Origin: Edaphobacter aggregans
GTDB taxonomy: Bacteria > Acidobacteriota > Terriglobia > Terriglobales > Acidobacteriaceae
NCBI RefSeq assembly: GCF_003945235.1
Contig: NZ_RSDW01000001.1
Span: 5,070,001-5,102,000, forward strand
Length of the DNA stretch: 32,000 bases
Direction of reading: 5' to 3'
A model generated the notes under the pieces. It saw only the letters and a list, made by a program, of their open reading frames with translations. It had not been told where the DNA came from and did not search any database. Made by a program: the position numbers and the translations under genes. Positions 17,996 through 26,831 of the stretch are shown here, piece after piece. The stretch's first letter is position 1; each line of letters starts with the position of its first letter.

Positions 17996-18409
17996 ATGAG
18001 CGATAAGCCATTCTTCGACACCACCATCCTGATCTATGCCGTCTACGAAGGAGATCCCCACACAGCAGTCGCGGAGAACCTTCTCGGAGCAGGCGGATAT
18101 ATCAGTGTGCGGGTTTTGAACGAGTTTGCAGCCGTTGCCCGGCGAAAGCTGAATATGTCATGGGAGGAGATTGGGGAGGCTCTTGGCGCAGTTCGGGCCT
18201 TGTTGGGAACCACCGGTTTCCCTCACGGTCAAAACCCATGATGCTGCGCTGGAGATCGCCGCACATTACGAGTACCACATCTACGCTGCCTTGATTCTGG
18301 CGCAGCCCTCGCGGCCGAATGCGACACGCTCTACTCCGAGGACATGCAGGATGGCCAGAAGATCGGCGCACTCACCATCCGGAACCCGTTCGTCTCCCGC
18401 AGGCCCTGA
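17996..18409 (+). pseudogene. vapC: VapC-type PIN-domain toxin disrupted by two compensating frameshifts
   Basis: Frame A: MSDKPFFDTTILIYA...ISVRVLNEFAAVARRKL...ALGAVRALLG, then a stop at 18239-18241. Frame B (about 18205-18305): PVSLTVKTHDAALEIAAHYEYHIYAALILAQ. Back in frame A (hand-read): ALAAECDTLYSEDMQDGQKIGALTIRNPFVSRRP*. Total span is 414 nt, i.e. 138 codons. The expected third acidic residue (yDAl) reads YAAL. Confidence 0.65.
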
Positions 18410-18738
18410 GAGGACCCACAAAGTAAATCCTGATTAAGGAACAACAGACTTGACTATAATGACCTGCTCATAGAAAACGCGCTTGTGCGACGCATCAACG
18501 ATGATGAGCACCCTTGATGTGGTTATAGAACGTTTCAACTGATCTACTTGGGAACTTCATCGTCAACAGCGATGTACCACGGCACATCCTTTGTTTGAAA
18601 AAAATTTCGGGGCAAAGGGAAGTCAAATCCGTGAGAACAATCTTCGCGGTCCGCACACTGCGCTGAACAGTTGGACAACAAGGTCTTGATGGAACCGGTA
18701 AAAGTTTGTGTTGATGGCTGAAGAGGAGTTTTGAGATT

Positions 18739-20481
18739 TTGAATCTGTTTCGAGGCTTGCGACCGTTGCAACGTGCAGACGCCGCCCGAGGCGTTCTGGC
18801 CGGAATCGTGTTGGCGGCTATGGATATCCCACAGGTACTGGGCTACGCCAAGATCGCTGGAATGCCGTTGGTGACGGGACTCTATTCGTTGCTGCTGCCA
18901 CTGGTGGCGTTTGCAGCTTTCGGCTCGTCGAGATACTTGGTTGTCGCGGCGGACTCGGCCACGGCTGCAATCTTTGCTAGTGGGATGTCGGGCATGAAGC
19001 CCTTGGCAGAAGTGGGACATGTTGCTCTGGCTGGGGTCGTTGCATTGCTGACGGCAGGTATTTTGCTGATGGCGCGGCTCCTCCGGTTGGGGTTTATCGC
19101 GGACTTCCTTTCGCGGACAGTGCTGGTCGGCTTTCTTGCCGGGGTGGGACTGCAGGTGGCCATCTCCGTGTTGAGCGAGATGCTAGGAGTGCCGGTGAAT
19201 TCGCGCAGGACTGTCGTGCAGCTTTGGGAGGTGCTTCACGGATTGCCTCGAGCGCATCTTCCGACATTGGCGGTGTCTGCCACGGTTCTGGGGTCTGTGT
19301 TGCTATTGCGGCGAGTCGCTCCGAAACTTCCAGGAGCACTGGTCGCCGTTATTGCAGCGATTGCAGCGAGCTCCACGTTGGATTTTGCGGGACATGGGAT
19401 TGCGACGATTGGACCGGTCGCCGGAGGCTTGCCACACCTAAGCTTGTCGGGTCTTCTCATTCTTCGTGGGATGAGCTGGGAGGAGGTGGAGCTACTGCTG
19501 ACGGTGTCGATCTCGTGCGCTGTGATCATCCTTACCCAGAGTGCGGCCACCTCTCGGATATATGCGGCTAAACACTATGAACAGGTGAGCGAGAACATCG
19601 ATCTGTTGGGGCTTTCGGCCGCGAATGCTGCGTCGGCGCTAAGTGGAGGGTTTGTGGTGAATGGAAGCCCCACTCAGACGGCGATGATGGAGCTTGCCGG
19701 CGGCCAAAGCCAGCTCGCGCAGGTCACGACGGCGTTTGCGGTTGGAATAGTGCTCTTATTTTTGACCGGGCCGCTGCAGTATCTTCCAACCTGCGTGTTA
19801 GGCGTCGTGGTGTTCCTGGTTGCGCTCCACCTCATCGATTTGAAGGGACTGCGAGAGATCCGGGGCGAAAGCCCACAGGAGTATGCGCTGGCAGTGATGA
19901 CAGCTGCGGTGGTACTCCTGGTGGGAGTGGAGCAGGGGATCGTGCTCGCGATGGTTTTGTCTCTATTACGTGTGGTGCGGCACAGCTACCATCCGCATAG
20001 CGGTGTGCTGGTCGCGGATGGCACGGGAGCCTGGAAGCTGGTACCGGTAGCACCAAATGTGGCCACAGAGCCTGGGTTGGTGCTGTATCGGTTTGGAGCC
20101 GCGCTATTTTATGCCAACGCCGGTCGGTTTCTGGAGGAGGTTTCCTGCGTGGTGCAGCCGATGCCGTCGGCGGTGCGCTGGGTAGTGGTGGACGCGGAGG
20201 CGATGACTCATGTCGACTACACGGCGTCGCGGGTGGTGATGCAGCTGAAGAGCGATCTTACTCACGCTGGGATCGAACTGGCATTTGCGCGCGTGCCATG
20301 GGATCTGCGGTCCGACTTCGATCGGCATCATCTGACAGAGACAATTGGACCGGCGCGAATCTTCAACCGTTTGCATGATGCGATTTCCGCCTTCGAGGGA
20401 ATGGCGAGTGAGTCGGGAGAGAACGTCGGTGAGACGAAGTTGGACAGCGCGATACACCAAGTCGACCTGTTCGAAGGTTGA
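18739..20481 (+). CDS. SulP-family anion (sulfate/bicarbonate-type) transporter with C-terminal STAS domain
   Basis: 580-aa track ORF with a TTG start and AAGAGGAG 10 nt upstream. N-terminal signature DAARGVLAGIVLAAMDIPQVLGYAKIAGMPLVTGLYSLLLPLVAFAAFGSSRYLVV. Multiple TM helices, then a cytoplasmic STAS-like tail (LVLYRFGAALFYANAGRF...VVVDAEAMTHVDYTA). Confidence 0.9.
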   Translation: MNLFRGLRPLQRADAARGVLAGIVLAAMDIPQVLGYAKIAGMPLVTGLYSLLLPLVAFAAFGSSRYLVVAADSATAAIFASGMSGMKPLAEVGHVALAGVVALLTAGILLMARLLRLGFIADFLSRTVLVGFLAGVGLQVAISVLSEMLGVPVNSRRTVVQLWEVLHGLPRAHLPTLAVSATVLGSVLLLRRVAPKLPGALVAVIAAIAASSTLDFAGHGIATIGPVAGGLPHLSLSGLLILRGMSWEEVELLLTVSISCAVIILTQSAATSRIYAAKHYEQVSENIDLLGLSAANAASALSGGFVVNGSPTQTAMMELAGGQSQLAQVTTAFAVGIVLLFLTGPLQYLPTCVLGVVVFLVALHLIDLKGLREIRGESPQEYALAVMTAAVVLLVGVEQGIVLAMVLSLLRVVRHSYHPHSGVLVADGTGAWKLVPVAPNVATEPGLVLYRFGAALFYANAGRFLEEVSCVVQPMPSAVRWVVVDAEAMTHVDYTASRVVMQLKSDLTHAGIELAFARVPWDLRSDFDRHHLTETIGPARIFNRLHDAISAFEGMASESGENVGETKLDSAIHQVDLFEG

Positions 20482-20697
20482 TGATTCCCATTTAGCCGGC
20501 AAACAGAAAAGCTTAAATATTCGAAAACGAGGGATATGGCACTCTTCCTACTGCCTCCGATGTCATTGTCTTGCGCAATGCAAAGGCATTAAGTAGAGGC
20601 TTCCACGTCTGAAGCGTTTCTCTGAGCGCGAAGCTTTGATGGATAACGAATTCGGTCCTTTGTCACCGAGCTGGTAGCACTAAGCTGGGAAGGGCGT

Positions 20698-21813
20698 TCA
20701 CCGTCCACGCTGATTGACGAACTGGCGTGCCGCGAGGAGGACGGTGGTGCATCCCATAAGTGTGAGTACCAGAGCGTTAAGCCATAGGTCTGTGAAGCCG
20801 GCTCCACGCAGAATGACACCGCGGAGGATCTGGATGTAGTAGGTGGCGGGGATAATGCGGCTGACGCCGCGAAAGAATGGTGGCATGGTGTCAATGAGAA
20901 AGATGTAGCCGGAAAGGAAGACCGAAGGCAGGACAGTACCCATGGAAAGTTGAAATGCCTCCGCTTGAGTGCGCGCTTTGGTTGAAATGAAGAGACCGAC
21001 TCCGAGTACGGTGAGAAGGAAGGGCACCGACATTCCGAGAAGGGCGAAGACATTGCCGTGGATGGGCACCTGAAAGACAATGCGCATGATGGTGAGGATG
21101 AGGCAGAGTTCTCCGAAGCCCAGGACACCATAGGGAATCATCTTTCCGACCATAAGGCCGAGGGGGGCGACGGGAGTCATCGTGAGTTGCTCGAGGGTGC
21201 CACGTTCGCGTTCGCGCACGAGGCTGAGTGCGATGAGCAGGATGATCATAACCTGCAGCAGAATGGCGATGAGGCCGGGCACGAAGAAGTTCGCCGAGCG
21301 GGTGGCGGGGTTATAGAGCACGGAGGGGCGGACTTCGATGGGCAGCTGTGCGGAGCCGAGGATGCGGTTGAGGGACTGCTCCAGGGCGACTCCGGTGGAG
21401 GCGTTGATGGCCTGGCCCGCAACGGAGGAGTCGGAGCCGTCGATGAGGACGAGAACGGTGGCGGTGGCGCCGCTCTGGAGTTGGCGGGCGTAGTCGTAGG
21501 GAATCTTGATTGCCACGCGGGCGTGGCCGGCGCGCATGGCCGCATACATGTCGGGATTCGACTGGACGGTGAGGGCGAGACGGAAGGTGTCGGATGCGGC
21601 GAAGCTCTCGAGTAGCTGCCGGCTTTGTTGGGTGTGTGATTCGTCGAGGACGACGGTTGGGATTTGCCTGATGTTGGTGTCGACTGCGAAGCCGAAGAGA
21701 AATAGCTGGATGAGCGGGATGAGGAGAGCGAAGAAGAGGGTACCAGGATCGCGGACGATGTGGGTGAACTCCTTGCGGCAGACGGGCCACAGGCCGTAGA
21801 AGAGTGAGTTCAT
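20698..21813 (-). CDS. ABC-2 type exporter permease (YbhS/YbhR/YhhJ-like)
   Basis: 371-aa track ORF with a large periplasmic loop after TM1 and five C-terminal TM helices. There is a 4-nt start/stop overlap with the ATPase gene. Confidence 0.9.
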   Translation of the reverse strand: MNSLFYGLWPVCRKEFTHIVRDPGTLFFALLIPLIQLFLFGFAVDTNIRQIPTVVLDESHTQQSRQLLESFAASDTFRLALTVQSNPDMYAAMRAGHARVAIKIPYDYARQLQSGATATVLVLIDGSDSSVAGQAINASTGVALEQSLNRILGSAQLPIEVRPSVLYNPATRSANFFVPGLIAILLQVMIILLIALSLVRERERGTLEQLTMTPVAPLGLMVGKMIPYGVLGFGELCLILTIMRIVFQVPIHGNVFALLGMSVPFLLTVLGVGLFISTKARTQAEAFQLSMGTVLPSVFLSGYIFLIDTMPPFFRGVSRIIPATYYIQILRGVILRGAGFTDLWLNALVLTLMGCTTVLLAARQFVNQRGR

Positions 21814-22739
21814 TTTGCGGCCTCCATGATCTGGTAGGTCAGGGTGACGAAAACGTCTTCGAGTGAGGGCACAATGGGTTGAATTTTTGCCTGGGGGAAT
21901 TGCGCGCGGAGGGCGTCGATGTGGTTGGTTTCAACGAGGGAGTGGATGGAGCGGCCGAAGATTGTGGCTTCGCGCACGCCAGGTTGTTTGCGCAATGCGG
22001 TGAGGGCAGTGGAGGCGTCTGGGGTCTCGAGCTGCACACGCGTGGTTCCGGGTGGATTGGCTGAGGGTAGATGCTGCAGATCGCTGATAGTGCCGAGAGC
22101 GACGAGTTTCGACATGTAGATGTAACCAACACGGCCGCAACGCTCGGCCTCGTCCATGTAGTGCGTGGTGACAAAGAAGGTGACGCCCTGACCAGAAAGG
22201 AGGAAGAAGAGGTCCCAAAGGGAGCGGCGAGCCACGGGATCGATGCCGGCGGTGGGCTCGTCGAGGAAGACGACCTCGGGCGAATGGATAATAGCGCAGC
22301 CGAGGGCGAGGCGCTGTTTCCAGCCGCCAGAAAGGGCGTTGACTCTGCGGTGCAGATAGGGTTCTAGGCCGGTGAGGCTGAGGATTTCCTGGATGCGCTG
22401 GGTTGCGCGCGGGCCGGTAATGCCGTAGACGCCGGAGTAGAAGCCGAGGTTCTCGGAGACGGTGAGGTCTTCGTAGAGGCCGAATTTTTGCGACATGTAG
22501 CCGATATGGCGCTTGATGTCGGCGGCGTCTTTGCGGATGTCCATACCGAGGATGGTGCCTGTGCCTTCGGTTGGCACGATGAGTCCGCAGAGGGCCTTGA
22601 TGATGGTGGTTTTGCCGGAGCCGTTGGGGCCCAGGAAACCAAAGAGTTCTCCTTTGTTGATGTCGAAGGAGACGTCGTTGACTGCAGTGAAGTCGCCGAA
22701 GCGGATGGTGAGGTGGTCGGCGGTGATGACGGGAGTCAT
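21810..22739 (-). CDS. ABC transporter ATP-binding protein
   Basis: Walker [10 protein letters not shown], signature LSGGWKQRL, Walker [14 protein letters not shown]. There is a 4-nt overlap with the hlyD-like gene. Confidence 0.9.
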   Translation of the reverse strand: MTPVITADHLTIRFGDFTAVNDVSFDINKGELFGFLGPNGSGKTTIIKALCGLIVPTEGTGTILGMDIRKDAADIKRHIGYMSQKFGLYEDLTVSENLGFYSGVYGITGPRATQRIQEILSLTGLEPYLHRRVNALSGGWKQRLALGCAIIHSPEVVFLDEPTAGIDPVARRSLWDLFFLLSGQGVTFFVTTHYMDEAERCGRVGYIYMSKLVALGTISDLQHLPSANPPGTTRVQLETPDASTALTALRKQPGVREATIFGRSIHSLVETNHIDALRAQFPQAKIQPIVPSLEDVFVTLTYQIMEAAK

Positions 22740-23866
22740 TGCAGCCGTACCGTTGCCGACATGCCGGATTTGAGCGCGCCGTCGGGGTTGTCGACGCGTA
22801 CTTTAACTCCGAAGACCTGGTGTTGGCGGTCGTCGCGGGTTTGAACATTGCGGGGGAGGAACTCAGCCTGAGCGGCGATCTCCTGTACGTTTCCAGTGAA
22901 GGGGCGATTCTGAAGGGAGTCGACTTCGACGCGTGCCGATTGGCCGACGCGGACGGCAGAGAGGTCTGTTTCGGGGACGTAGACCTTAACCCAGAGTTGC
23001 GAGGATTCGAGCATGGTGACGACGATCTTGCCAGGACCGACGAGATCGCCTGTGCGCACGCTGACTGTCTGGACCAGTCCGTCGGCCGGGGCAAAGAGGT
23101 TCGCCTCTTTCAACTGAACGTCGAGTTGGTCAACGTGTGCCTGAGCCTCCTCCATCTTGGCGCGGCCTGCGTCGATGTCTTCTTTGCGATAGCCGCGTTT
23201 CATGAGGTCGGCCGCCGCCTGCGCCTGGTGGTAGCGCTCTTGAGCGGCCTGCAGGTCTTCCTTGCGTGTGCCGGCCTGTAGGAGAGCAAGGCGTTGGTGA
23301 AGAGACTCGGCCTTTTGAGCAGTCGAATCGCGCGTGGCTTTTGCGTTGTCGTATTGCTGGCGAGAGACAGTGTCGCCGCGTACAAGTGTGTCCATTCGCT
23401 GGAAGTTGATTTGGGCGTTGGCTGCATCGGTTTTGGCGGCGTCGTAGTCAGCCTCTGCTTGCTTCAGCTCTTGTGACCGAGGTCCGCTTTCTGCGGCGTC
23501 GAGCATTGCACGCTGCATCTGCGCGTTGGCCTGGGCCTGCGCAATCTCCTCGGGGCGATTGCCGCGCTGGAGACGATGGTAGTCAGCCTGGGCCTGCTCG
23601 AGCTGGGCCTGGGCCTGAGCGCGCTGCGCCTTCACGTCATCGAACTCGAATTGCACCAACAGGGTCCCGGCCTTGACTGCCTGGCCCTCTTCGACGAGGA
23701 CCTGGATGACGCGGCCGCCGATCTTTGAGCCGATCTGGATCTCCCGCGTTTCTATAGTGCCGGAGTAGACGAAGGAGTTTTTCGAATTCGCGCAAGAATG
23801 GATGAGCCATCCGGCAACGATGAGGACTGCGAGCGCGGCGATTCCAATAATGACCGTGCGTTTCAT
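22736..23866 (-). CDS. HlyD-family membrane fusion/periplasmic adaptor protein (YbhG-like)
   Basis: Track ORF 22736..23920. I prefer ATG 23866 ([20 protein letters not shown]), whose ATGA overlaps the stop of the TetR C-terminal frame. It has a lipoyl-like hairpin ([39 protein letters not shown]) and a long coiled coil. Confidence 0.85.
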   Translation of the reverse strand: MKRTVIIGIAALAVLIVAGWLIHSCANSKNSFVYSGTIETREIQIGSKIGGRVIQVLVEEGQAVKAGTLLVQFEFDDVKAQRAQAQAQLEQAQADYHRLQRGNRPEEIAQAQANAQMQRAMLDAAESGPRSQELKQAEADYDAAKTDAANAQINFQRMDTLVRGDTVSRQQYDNAKATRDSTAQKAESLHQRLALLQAGTRKEDLQAAQERYHQAQAAADLMKRGYRKEDIDAGRAKMEEAQAHVDQLDVQLKEANLFAPADGLVQTVSVRTGDLVGPGKIVVTMLESSQLWVKVYVPETDLSAVRVGQSARVEVDSLQNRPFTGNVQEIAAQAEFLPRNVQTRDDRQHQVFGVKVRVDNPDGALKSGMSATVRLQ

Positions 23867-24461
23867 GCCATGCCCTCCAGGCCAAGCTTGAGACGTGCGC
23901 GCATGTTGTTGAGGAGCCAACTGCCGGGCTCATCTTCGCGGATAAGCCACTCGAGAGTGGTTGCCATGTAGATGGCGAAGAGTGTCTCTGCGATTAGCTG
24001 AGGACTGGCAGCCTTGCGGCGTGGAATGCGCCTGATGGCGACGCTAAGTATTTCGATCGCTTCCTGACGGGCAGCCATCATGGGACCGTTGGTGACCTGT
24101 TGGAACCAGAGGCTGAGCAACAGCCGACGGGAGCGGCCCGCGATGCGGGTATTTTCGCTGGTTACCTCCAGGAAAGTGCGACCACATCGCCGAATGTGAG
24201 CTTCTTGCCGTCTTCGCTGAAGCGAGTGATGATTGCCTTCAGTTTTTCAACGCGGGAGCTAGCAATTTCGCGGAGGATCAACTCTTTTTGCGGGAAGTAG
24301 TTGAAGAAGGTCGTTCGCGAGATCCCGACTGCGTCGCAGATCATCTCCACGGAGACGTCTTCGTACCCATGGGCCGCGAAGAGTTCGAAAGCGATTCGAA
24401 CGATCTCTGTTCGCGTGTGATGTTTCTGCTTCTCCCGCAACGAAGGTGTACTACGATCCAT
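23863..24461 (-). pseudogene. TetR-family regulator split by a frameshift near 24165-24185
   Basis: HTH half: MDRSTPSLREKQKHHTRTEIVRIAFELFAAHGYEDVSVEMICDAVGISRTTFFNYFPQKE...TFGDVVALSWR*, with TAA at 24162-24164. The ligand-binding half continues in the adjacent frame (hand-read ..TFLEVTSENTRIAGRSRRLLLSLWFQQVTNG... then track ORF 23863..24120). Each part alone is too short for a TetR protein. Confidence 0.6.
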
Positions 24462-24464
24462 AAT

Positions 24465-24480
24465 TTGGACTCTAGTCCAA
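24465..24480. promoter_or_regulatory. 16-bp inverted repeat, candidate TetR operator
   Basis: TTGGACT ct AGTCCAA has perfect 7-bp arms. It ends 4 nt upstream of the tetR ATG (24461), the position expected for an autoregulatory operator. Confidence 0.45.
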
Positions 24481-24980
24481 CAATTGTCCCGCGTCAAATA
24501 GAACAGTAGCCAGAAGGTAAACTTCCTCGGCCATATGCTTTTCCGGAGATGCTGAGGTCTGTGAATGGTTTGACGATGTGCAACAATGCTCCCGCATCCA
24601 GGCAATTGCATCGAATCGGACATGGGGAGATCTGTTTGGGTACTCTGGTCTTCTACTAGACCGTCGCTTTCACAGAACTGGTGGAACGCGGATCCGACTC
24701 CAAGTTCAATTGACCGTCCCCCTGTGCAAGGCTTTTGTTCTTAGGTTGGATTCTCCTGAAAGTCACTGAATACCCAATACGCAGTTGGTTATGCTCGCCT
24801 TTTCTTTTGCATTACTAGCTTTGCTGTCCCCGCAATCACAGGCTCCAGCGCAGACACCGGATATTCCCTCGTTCACCTTAGCGATGCGATGCCTGACCGT
24901 CAGCCCGTGAACGTTTTCCTCGCACTCTCGATAGAGGAGTGTAACTGTGCCGCGACTAGGGTTTCGGATGGTGGCAACGG

Positions 24981-26540
24981 TCAGTCCCTGGGCCAACTCG
25001 ACAGGTTCACCGATCGCCGTAGAATCGCGTCGCCACCCGTCTCATCCTGCGCCTCATTGGATGCCGAGACGCGCGGATCGGGGACCGGATAACCGATCGC
25101 AAAATGGTATACGGCCTGTCCTTGGTTGGGGACCAGGTTGAGATGACGATGCACCTCGTCGTCGTAGAAGGCACCGATACCCGTCGCACCGAGTCCAAGT
25201 GCTTCAGCGGCGAGATACAAGCGGTAGCCAATAGCACCTGCTTCAAAATACACATAGCGATAACCACGATCGCCGTAGGTACGAGCGGCACCGTCGAGAT
25301 CGCCGAGCATCGAAAACATCACGCAGGCGTTACCGGCCAGGTCCTGCCCGAGGCTCAGACCGGCGGCCGCCACGCGCTGGTCGCCACTCTTGATGTGCTC
25401 CAACTCGGCACGCTCCGGCCAAAACCTGTAGATGCCGGGTAGTAACCCATCGACGCGATGAACATACGAATACAGCTGGATGAAACGCCTGCCCGCAAAA
25501 TCAGCCGCCAAGGGCTGAGATATAGAGGCGAGGATGGCCGAGAAGCGCGCTAATGATATTGATTGCTTTCCACCCAGGAAGTCGAGCGCCGAGCGTCGCA
25601 TGCGGGCAACCTCACCAAAGCTGCGAGTCGATGAAGCAGGAAAAGGCAGCTTGATCTCGCCGGAGCCAGTTGGGGCCGACCCAACGGTGGAGGGGTCACT
25701 GCTCCCGCTGTTGCTTCGTTTCGTGACAAGGTGAAAGCTGTCAATCAGTGGGTGAGCAATCGTCTCCTTCGAAAGCTGGTTCGCCTGTCCGCCGAACCAG
25801 ACAGTCTTGCCGGTGTCTGCTTCGCGCACTGGAATGGTTTTGCCGTGCAGGCTAACAATCAGCATTGGCCATTCATCCATGTTCAGGCGGCACCACTGCG
25901 CCACTTCATCGTCCGAGAAATGTCCAGCAGCGAAACTATCGCATCCGACAGCCCGGGCGGAGAGTACAAGCGCTTGCCAGGCGTGCCCTATGTCCTGCAA
26001 GCAGTACCGATATGCCCGTTCACCATACTTCCACGCCTCCCGCCACACAATGCTGGTTAAAACAAACACAATGGGCGCAGAGCCGCTGGCGAATTTCATT
26101 TCAAAATCACCGCGCCCGCGCTGCTCCGCCATGTGCCTGGATGGATCGTAGTGATACCAACCGTCTGGCCACCCCTTCAAACCCCGTGTGAGGAAGTGAA
26201 ATTCCGTCGGGTGCAGATTCCCGGACGACGGATTCACTCTTAACGCGTACTTATTGCCGGTGGAGGGGACACGCTTGGACGCGCTAATCGCGGCGGAATA
26301 GAAGAGTAGTTGCGAGAGGAAAGCCGGTCCTTCACCCACAGGCGTGGTGCCGGAGGTACCCTGAAGCACGTCGAATGTTGGCATTTCAGGGGCGGGCGGA
26401 TCTGCTGGCAGATCGAGCACCGGCACGCCCTCGTAGTGACGAAACGGATCAGGCATGTTCGCCCAGTCAAGAACGTGCCGCGCTCGCCTCAGCGATTCAA
26501 CGCTATGCTTTGTGGCTTCGTGATATTCGCGCCACGTCAT
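24981..26540 (-). CDS. SagB/ThcOx-type dehydrogenase (double nitroreductase-fold protein)
   Basis: 519-aa track ORF. The N-terminus MTWREYHEATKHSVESL...WANMPDPFRHYEG is the YHE-TKH / W-x-x-x-P-x-PF-K/R-x-Y pattern I associate with the SagB-type dehydrogenase domain. Two nitroreductase-like halves (..RVNPSSGNLHPTEFH.. ; ..YRYVYFEAGAIGYRLYLAAEALGLGATGIGAFYDDEV). Confidence 0.8.
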   Translation of the reverse strand: MTWREYHEATKHSVESLRRARHVLDWANMPDPFRHYEGVPVLDLPADPPAPEMPTFDVLQGTSGTTPVGEGPAFLSQLLFYSAAISASKRVPSTGNKYALRVNPSSGNLHPTEFHFLTRGLKGWPDGWYHYDPSRHMAEQRGRGDFEMKFASGSAPIVFVLTSIVWREAWKYGERAYRYCLQDIGHAWQALVLSARAVGCDSFAAGHFSDDEVAQWCRLNMDEWPMLIVSLHGKTIPVREADTGKTVWFGGQANQLSKETIAHPLIDSFHLVTKRSNSGSSDPSTVGSAPTGSGEIKLPFPASSTRSFGEVARMRRSALDFLGGKQSISLARFSAILASISQPLAADFAGRRFIQLYSYVHRVDGLLPGIYRFWPERAELEHIKSGDQRVAAAGLSLGQDLAGNACVMFSMLGDLDGAARTYGDRGYRYVYFEAGAIGYRLYLAAEALGLGATGIGAFYDDEVHRHLNLVPNQGQAVYHFAIGYPVPDPRVSASNEAQDETGGDAILRRSVNLSSWPRD

Positions 26541-26699
26541 TGCCGGTAGATAGGCTCCCCCGATACTCCCACCAATTTGATGCTCGATCTCAGCATCGAG
26601 AGCCGTGATACCAACGACGGCGTTCTCTGGTCAGTCTCGAAACCCTCATTTTGAGGGCGAGCTTCGAAGAAGTAACATCGCGCAGGACACGACCGCATC

Positions 26700-26728
26700 T
26701 TGACAACCGTAGCGCACAAGCCTAGCAT
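26700..26728 (+). promoter_or_regulatory. sigma-70-like promoter candidate for the Hsp20 gene
   Basis: TTGACA (26700-26705), a 17-nt spacer, then TAGCAT (26723-26728). This implies a 5' UTR of about 100 nt. Confidence 0.35.
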
Positions 26729-26796
26729 CATTCGCGAGCAAGTATCTCTTCTTACTCTTTCAGGTTCCCTGAACTAAGTCAGCCCATCTGAAGTTT

Positions 26797-26824
26797 TTCC
26801 TCTTAGATCACTGCTAAGGAGGAA
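26797..26824 (+). promoter_or_regulatory. SD-sequestering hairpin (RNA-thermometer-like) in the Hsp20 leader
   Basis: 5'-UUCCUCUUAG-aucacug-CUAAGGAGGAA-3'. It forms 4 bp + one bulged G (26818) + 6 bp. The right arm contains the whole Shine-Dalgarno AAGGAGGA, which ends 8 nt before ATG 26832. The left arm is preceded by extra U residues. Confidence 0.45.
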
Positions 26825-26831
26825 CTGCGTC

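Noticed and set aside
17811-18011. 66-aa minus-strand ORF, and short plus-strand ORFs between the S41 and vapC genes, considered as a VapB antitoxin
   Set aside because: The minus ORF is on the wrong strand for a vapBC operon and overlaps the vapC start. The plus-strand frames are closed by stops, leaving at most a 32-codon GTG ORF without an RHH/AbrB/Phd-like pattern.
18544-19020. 158-aa minus-strand ORF upstream of and overlapping the SulP start
   Set aside because: It is mostly antisense to the SulP N-terminus, with Q/R/S/H-rich composition and no RBS.
21931-23094. 387-aa minus-strand ORF and several other 60-180-aa ORFs overlapping the ABC ATPase, HlyD and permease genes (e.g. 21311..21790, 20589..21131, 21058..21615)
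   Set aside because: They are extremely R/P/H/S-rich, out-of-frame or antisense shadows of well-supported genes with clear Walker/signature motifs. This is typical of GC-rich coding regions.
24791-24913. 40-aa plus-strand ORF beginning with a signal-peptide-like sequence (MLAFSFALLALLSPQSQAPAQTPDIPSF..)
   Set aside because: It is too short, has no recognisable mature domain, and its continuation in other frames gives nothing interpretable. It may be a relic of a secreted protein, but this is not supportable as a gene.
24763-24996. 77-aa ORF immediately downstream of, and overlapping, the SagB-type gene, with a Cys/Gly/Ser-rich tail (..GISGVCAGACDCGDSKAS..). It was tempting as a TOMM/RiPP precursor peptide.
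   Set aside because: The start is only a TTG assigned by the ORF finder, with no SD. No YcaO/cyclodehydratase is present anywhere in the window. The Cys/Gly/Ala-rich tract is the exact antisense of a Leu/Ala-rich signal-peptide-like ORF on the plus strand, so it may be a mirror artefact. It would be worth re-opening only if a YcaO locus elsewhere lacks a precursor.
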